DNA of 64,000 bases from Schizosaccharomyces osmophilus (Eukaryota), in the NCBI RefSeq assembly GCF_027921745.1, contig NC_079239.1, forward strand, positions 2,418,001 to 2,482,000, given 5' to 3'. The notes under the pieces were generated by a model. The model worked only from the letters and a program-made list of their open reading frames with translations, did no database searches and was not told the origin of the DNA. Positions 61,019 through 64,000 of the stretch are shown here, piece by piece. Positions within the stretch are counted from its first letter, which is position 1; the number at the start of each line of letters is the position of its first letter. The position numbers and the translations under genes were made by a program.

Positions 61019-62773
61019 ATGGTGAAACGACATAAAAACACGATCGGTCTATGGCGTCTGGGTAAAACTTTGGGAACTGGTTCAACCAGCTGTGTTCGCC
61101 TAGCCAAACATGTGAAAACTGGAAATTTGGCGGCAGTCAAAATTCTTCCTATCAAAGATGTATCGGTAGGAATGGAAATTTTGATGATGCGTCTTTTGCA
61201 CCATCCCAATATTCTGCAGTTGTATGATGTCTGGACTGACCATCAAAACATGTATTTAGCTTTAGAGTATGTTCCCGGTGGGGAACTGTTTGACTACGTT
61301 CGCAAGCATGGTGCTTTGTCAGAAAAGGATGTAGCCCATTATATGGTACAACTCTTAGACGCGCTTTCTCACTGCCACCAATTTCGATTTCGACATCGTG
61401 ATTTGAAATTAGAGAACATCCTTATCAACCCGTATGAGCGTGTTCTTAAAATCGCCGATTTCGGAATGGCTACGGTCGAACCCGATAATTCTTACCTTAC
61501 AAACTTTTGTGGATCTTTGCATTATTTAGCTCCAGAAGTTGTCTCCCATACGCCTTATGAAGGTGCTCCCGCCGATATATGGTCTTGTGGTGTAATTTTT
61601 TATGCTTTGCTTTCTAACAAGTTACCTTTTGGGGGCAGCTCCACAGGCACTGTTTATGACAAAATATTAAATGGAGCTTACGATTTGCCGTGTTCATGTT
61701 CTACAGCAGCTCAAGACTTATTACATAAAATGTTGAATGTGAATCCTTCAACCCGCATCACGATTCCCGAAATACTTAACCATCCTTATATTCAGTCAAA
61801 CTTAGAGCAGCCCAACGAAACGCTACTGCCAAAGTCCTCTTTACCTTATTCAAGTCTTGATGTTGATCCTTTAGTAGTTGATTGTATGTGCCTTTTATGG
61901 AGGAAATCGTCTTCCAAAAGCATAGTCACAAAGTTGCAATTGTATGAAGATAATGACGAGAAAAGAGTATACCGTGCTTTGTCAAAGTGCCTCCAAGACG
62001 ATATACGCAAAAAGAAACTTTTCGATAAAAACAAGTATCTAAGCTTGTATGATATCATTCATGATAAAAGCCTTTTCAAGAAAAATAATGGAACAAGTCA
62101 AGAAAATATCACTAATGAGGGTGAGAGGGATGATTTTTGTGTCGAAAGCACCATGAACAGAGTTGATGAAATTGCCCCATTTTACCCTTCCTTCAATTCC
62201 TGTCGAGGAAACGAAGAACAACATAAGCGTCCTGGCTTTATGCATGTTGAGGATGAGTCAAATCTTATGTTAAAAAATGTCACTCCGAATTACGATTTTG
62301 ATCCCAATTTAACTTCTGACCCGATTGGAGTACGGGTGCTTTCCATCTCGCCTTTCGACCAGGAAGACTATTTCCCGTATAATCGTTATGGCTATACCCG
62401 TATATTCCCAAACATCACCTTTTATAGCGGAACTGTTGGTTACGAAACGCCTAGCCCAATCTCCACCCCCGACTCTTCTCTTGATCTTGTGCCAGCTACA
62501 GATGATCCGAGTATTGCACCAGTTTTTAGTACATCAATAAGAACACCTAGGAGACCTAATTCACTGTCAACGCAGGGCAAGCGACAAATTACCTCTGCAA
62601 ACGGTCGTTCAGCTTCTGTTCCACTCTATACTTCACGAACTTGTACCCAGCGTTGCGCATCAAGTAATGCACAACTTGCTCATTCGTCGGGAAGGAGTAA
62701 CAGTAACTCTATGTTCCGCAAGATTTCTTCCCTTTTTTCTCCTCAAAAGAAACCCTACTCAGTGAATTATTAA
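61019..62773 (+). CDS. cdr1: Nim1/Cdr1 Ser/Thr kinase (Wee1 inhibitor)
   Basis: MVKRHKNTIGLWRLGKTLGTGSTSCVRLAKH, HRDLKLEN, DFG, CGSLHYLAPE; VDPLVVDCM motif. Confidence 0.92.
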   Translation: MVKRHKNTIGLWRLGKTLGTGSTSCVRLAKHVKTGNLAAVKILPIKDVSVGMEILMMRLLHHPNILQLYDVWTDHQNMYLALEYVPGGELFDYVRKHGALSEKDVAHYMVQLLDALSHCHQFRFRHRDLKLENILINPYERVLKIADFGMATVEPDNSYLTNFCGSLHYLAPEVVSHTPYEGAPADIWSCGVIFYALLSNKLPFGGSSTGTVYDKILNGAYDLPCSCSTAAQDLLHKMLNVNPSTRITIPEILNHPYIQSNLEQPNETLLPKSSLPYSSLDVDPLVVDCMCLLWRKSSSKSIVTKLQLYEDNDEKRVYRALSKCLQDDIRKKKLFDKNKYLSLYDIIHDKSLFKKNNGTSQENITNEGERDDFCVESTMNRVDEIAPFYPSFNSCRGNEEQHKRPGFMHVEDESNLMLKNVTPNYDFDPNLTSDPIGVRVLSISPFDQEDYFPYNRYGYTRIFPNITFYSGTVGYETPSPISTPDSSLDLVPATDDPSIAPVFSTSIRTPRRPNSLSTQGKRQITSANGRSASVPLYTSRTCTQRCASSNAQLAHSSGRSNSNSMFRKISSLFSPQKKPYSVNY

Positions 62774-63187
62774 ACTATGGTTTTAGTATAATTAATGTTG
62801 TTGAAATTGTTGTTTCAAAATTAATAACTAGGTTTTTACGTAATTTTTTTTTAAATATGAAAGTGGGTGAAATGACTGATGACTTTAATGAGATTCTGTG
62901 GTCATGATAAATATTTTGATACTATTTCAGCTTTTCTCTTCTACAAATTTTTGTATGGATATTATTCTTCTATTGATAGTTTCCATTGGTATATTTCAAT
63001 GATAATTGAATTCTTTTCGTAATTAAGTGCTTCATTTTTGTAGTAGACGAAATAAGCACATAACACATAGGTATTAAAACATCACATGCGTTTACCCGTG
63101 TACAAGACAATACCTTTTGGCAAACCATTTAAAAGAAACCATCTACTTGCACTCAATTCGTCTAGCTATAATTTTGTTGGTACATGT

Positions 63188-63230
63188 GTAAACAAACGCG
63201 ACGCGTCGTGGCTTCAATTTTCGCGTCGCG
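63188..63230 (+). promoter_or_regulatory. Forkhead site plus MCB cluster upstream of dut1
   Basis: GTAAACAAAC (63188-63197), ACGCGT (63201-63206), inverted CGCGACGCG/CGCGTCGCG pair. Confidence 0.75.
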
Positions 63231-63316
63231 ATCTAAATTAAATAAGATATAAAGGATAGCTGAGGTAGTAGAACCTTGTAATTGTTTATTCTCATCAAAA
63301 ATCAATAACGTTTATA

Positions 63317-63739
63317 ATGAGTTTTTTTGTTCAAAAACTTTCTGATAAAGCTACAGTACCTACAAAAGGCTCTGCTCTGGCCGCTGGCTATGACTTGTAT
63401 GCATCAGCCGAATGCACTATTGCTGCCAATGGAAAAGCTTTGATAGACACAGATTTGTCAATTGCTGTTCCACAAGGCACTTACGGACGCATTGCTCCAC
63501 GAAGCGGACTTGCCGCTAAGCACTTCATTGACGTTGGTGCCGGTGTTATTGACGCTGACTATCGTGGACACGTTCGCGTTTTGCTCTTCAACCATGGGGG
63601 CTCTGATTTCCCAGTCAAAGTCGGTGACCGTATTGCCCAGATTATATTAGAAAGAATTATCACCCCTCCTGTTTTGCAGGTTGAGAACTTGGAGGCTACT
63701 GTTCGTGGCTCTGGCGGTTTTGGAAGCACCGGTGCTTAA
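63317..63739 (+). CDS. dut1: dUTP pyrophosphatase
   Basis: [40 protein letters not shown] motifs. Confidence 0.97.
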   Translation: MSFFVQKLSDKATVPTKGSALAAGYDLYASAECTIAANGKALIDTDLSIAVPQGTYGRIAPRSGLAAKHFIDVGAGVIDADYRGHVRVLLFNHGGSDFPVKVGDRIAQIILERIITPPVLQVENLEATVRGSGGFGSTGA

Positions 63740-64000
63740 AAATCTAGGATGTGATATATGATTTTGTAAGAGTTGACAGAACTCGTGCATTTTCGTTTAA
63801 GTTTCTTTGATGAACCATTCCTTATGTATATGTATAATAGAATCTGATTCCCTTTTTTGTGTAATTTATATTTTTACTCTGTAGTCTCAGGATTGTAGAA
63901 CTAATTAATATTGCCGCATCTTTTATTTGGATTCCTCTAAACAATTTGATGAGAGTAATAACCGACTTTATGATTAAATTACGCTTCTAACCTATACTCC

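Overview
Gene-dense, intron-containing fission-yeast DNA. It is Schizosaccharomyces but not S. pombe, most likely the S. octosporus/osmophilus/cryophilus clade. Gene order matches my recollection of the S. pombe chr I SPAC4F10/SPAC19B12 region: atg13, noc1, mnn9, spn1, fta1, mpd2, btf3, wsp1, dnf2, nup37, hit1, grx1, TTC27-like, cmc4, gas1, bgs3, rps30, fcp1, a rhomboid, ZNF277-like, atg4, srp14, sst2, bud20; it then jumps to cdr1/nim1 and dut1. The standout is an accessory cassette between mpd2 and btf3 that the ORF track misses. It is a 5-exon wtf poison-antidote meiotic-driver gene (16787-17917, minus) with a 1-nt frameshift in exon 2, flanked by two direct-repeat 5S rDNA copies. Both copies are atypical, 130 nt instead of 119 nt: they share a 6-nt insertion and each has a different 5-nt insertion at nearly the same site. 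The bud20-cdr1 junction probably shows the ancestral gene order across the S. pombe lab-strain chr I inversion. Gene names and reference comparisons are from memory; exon boundaries were read by eye.
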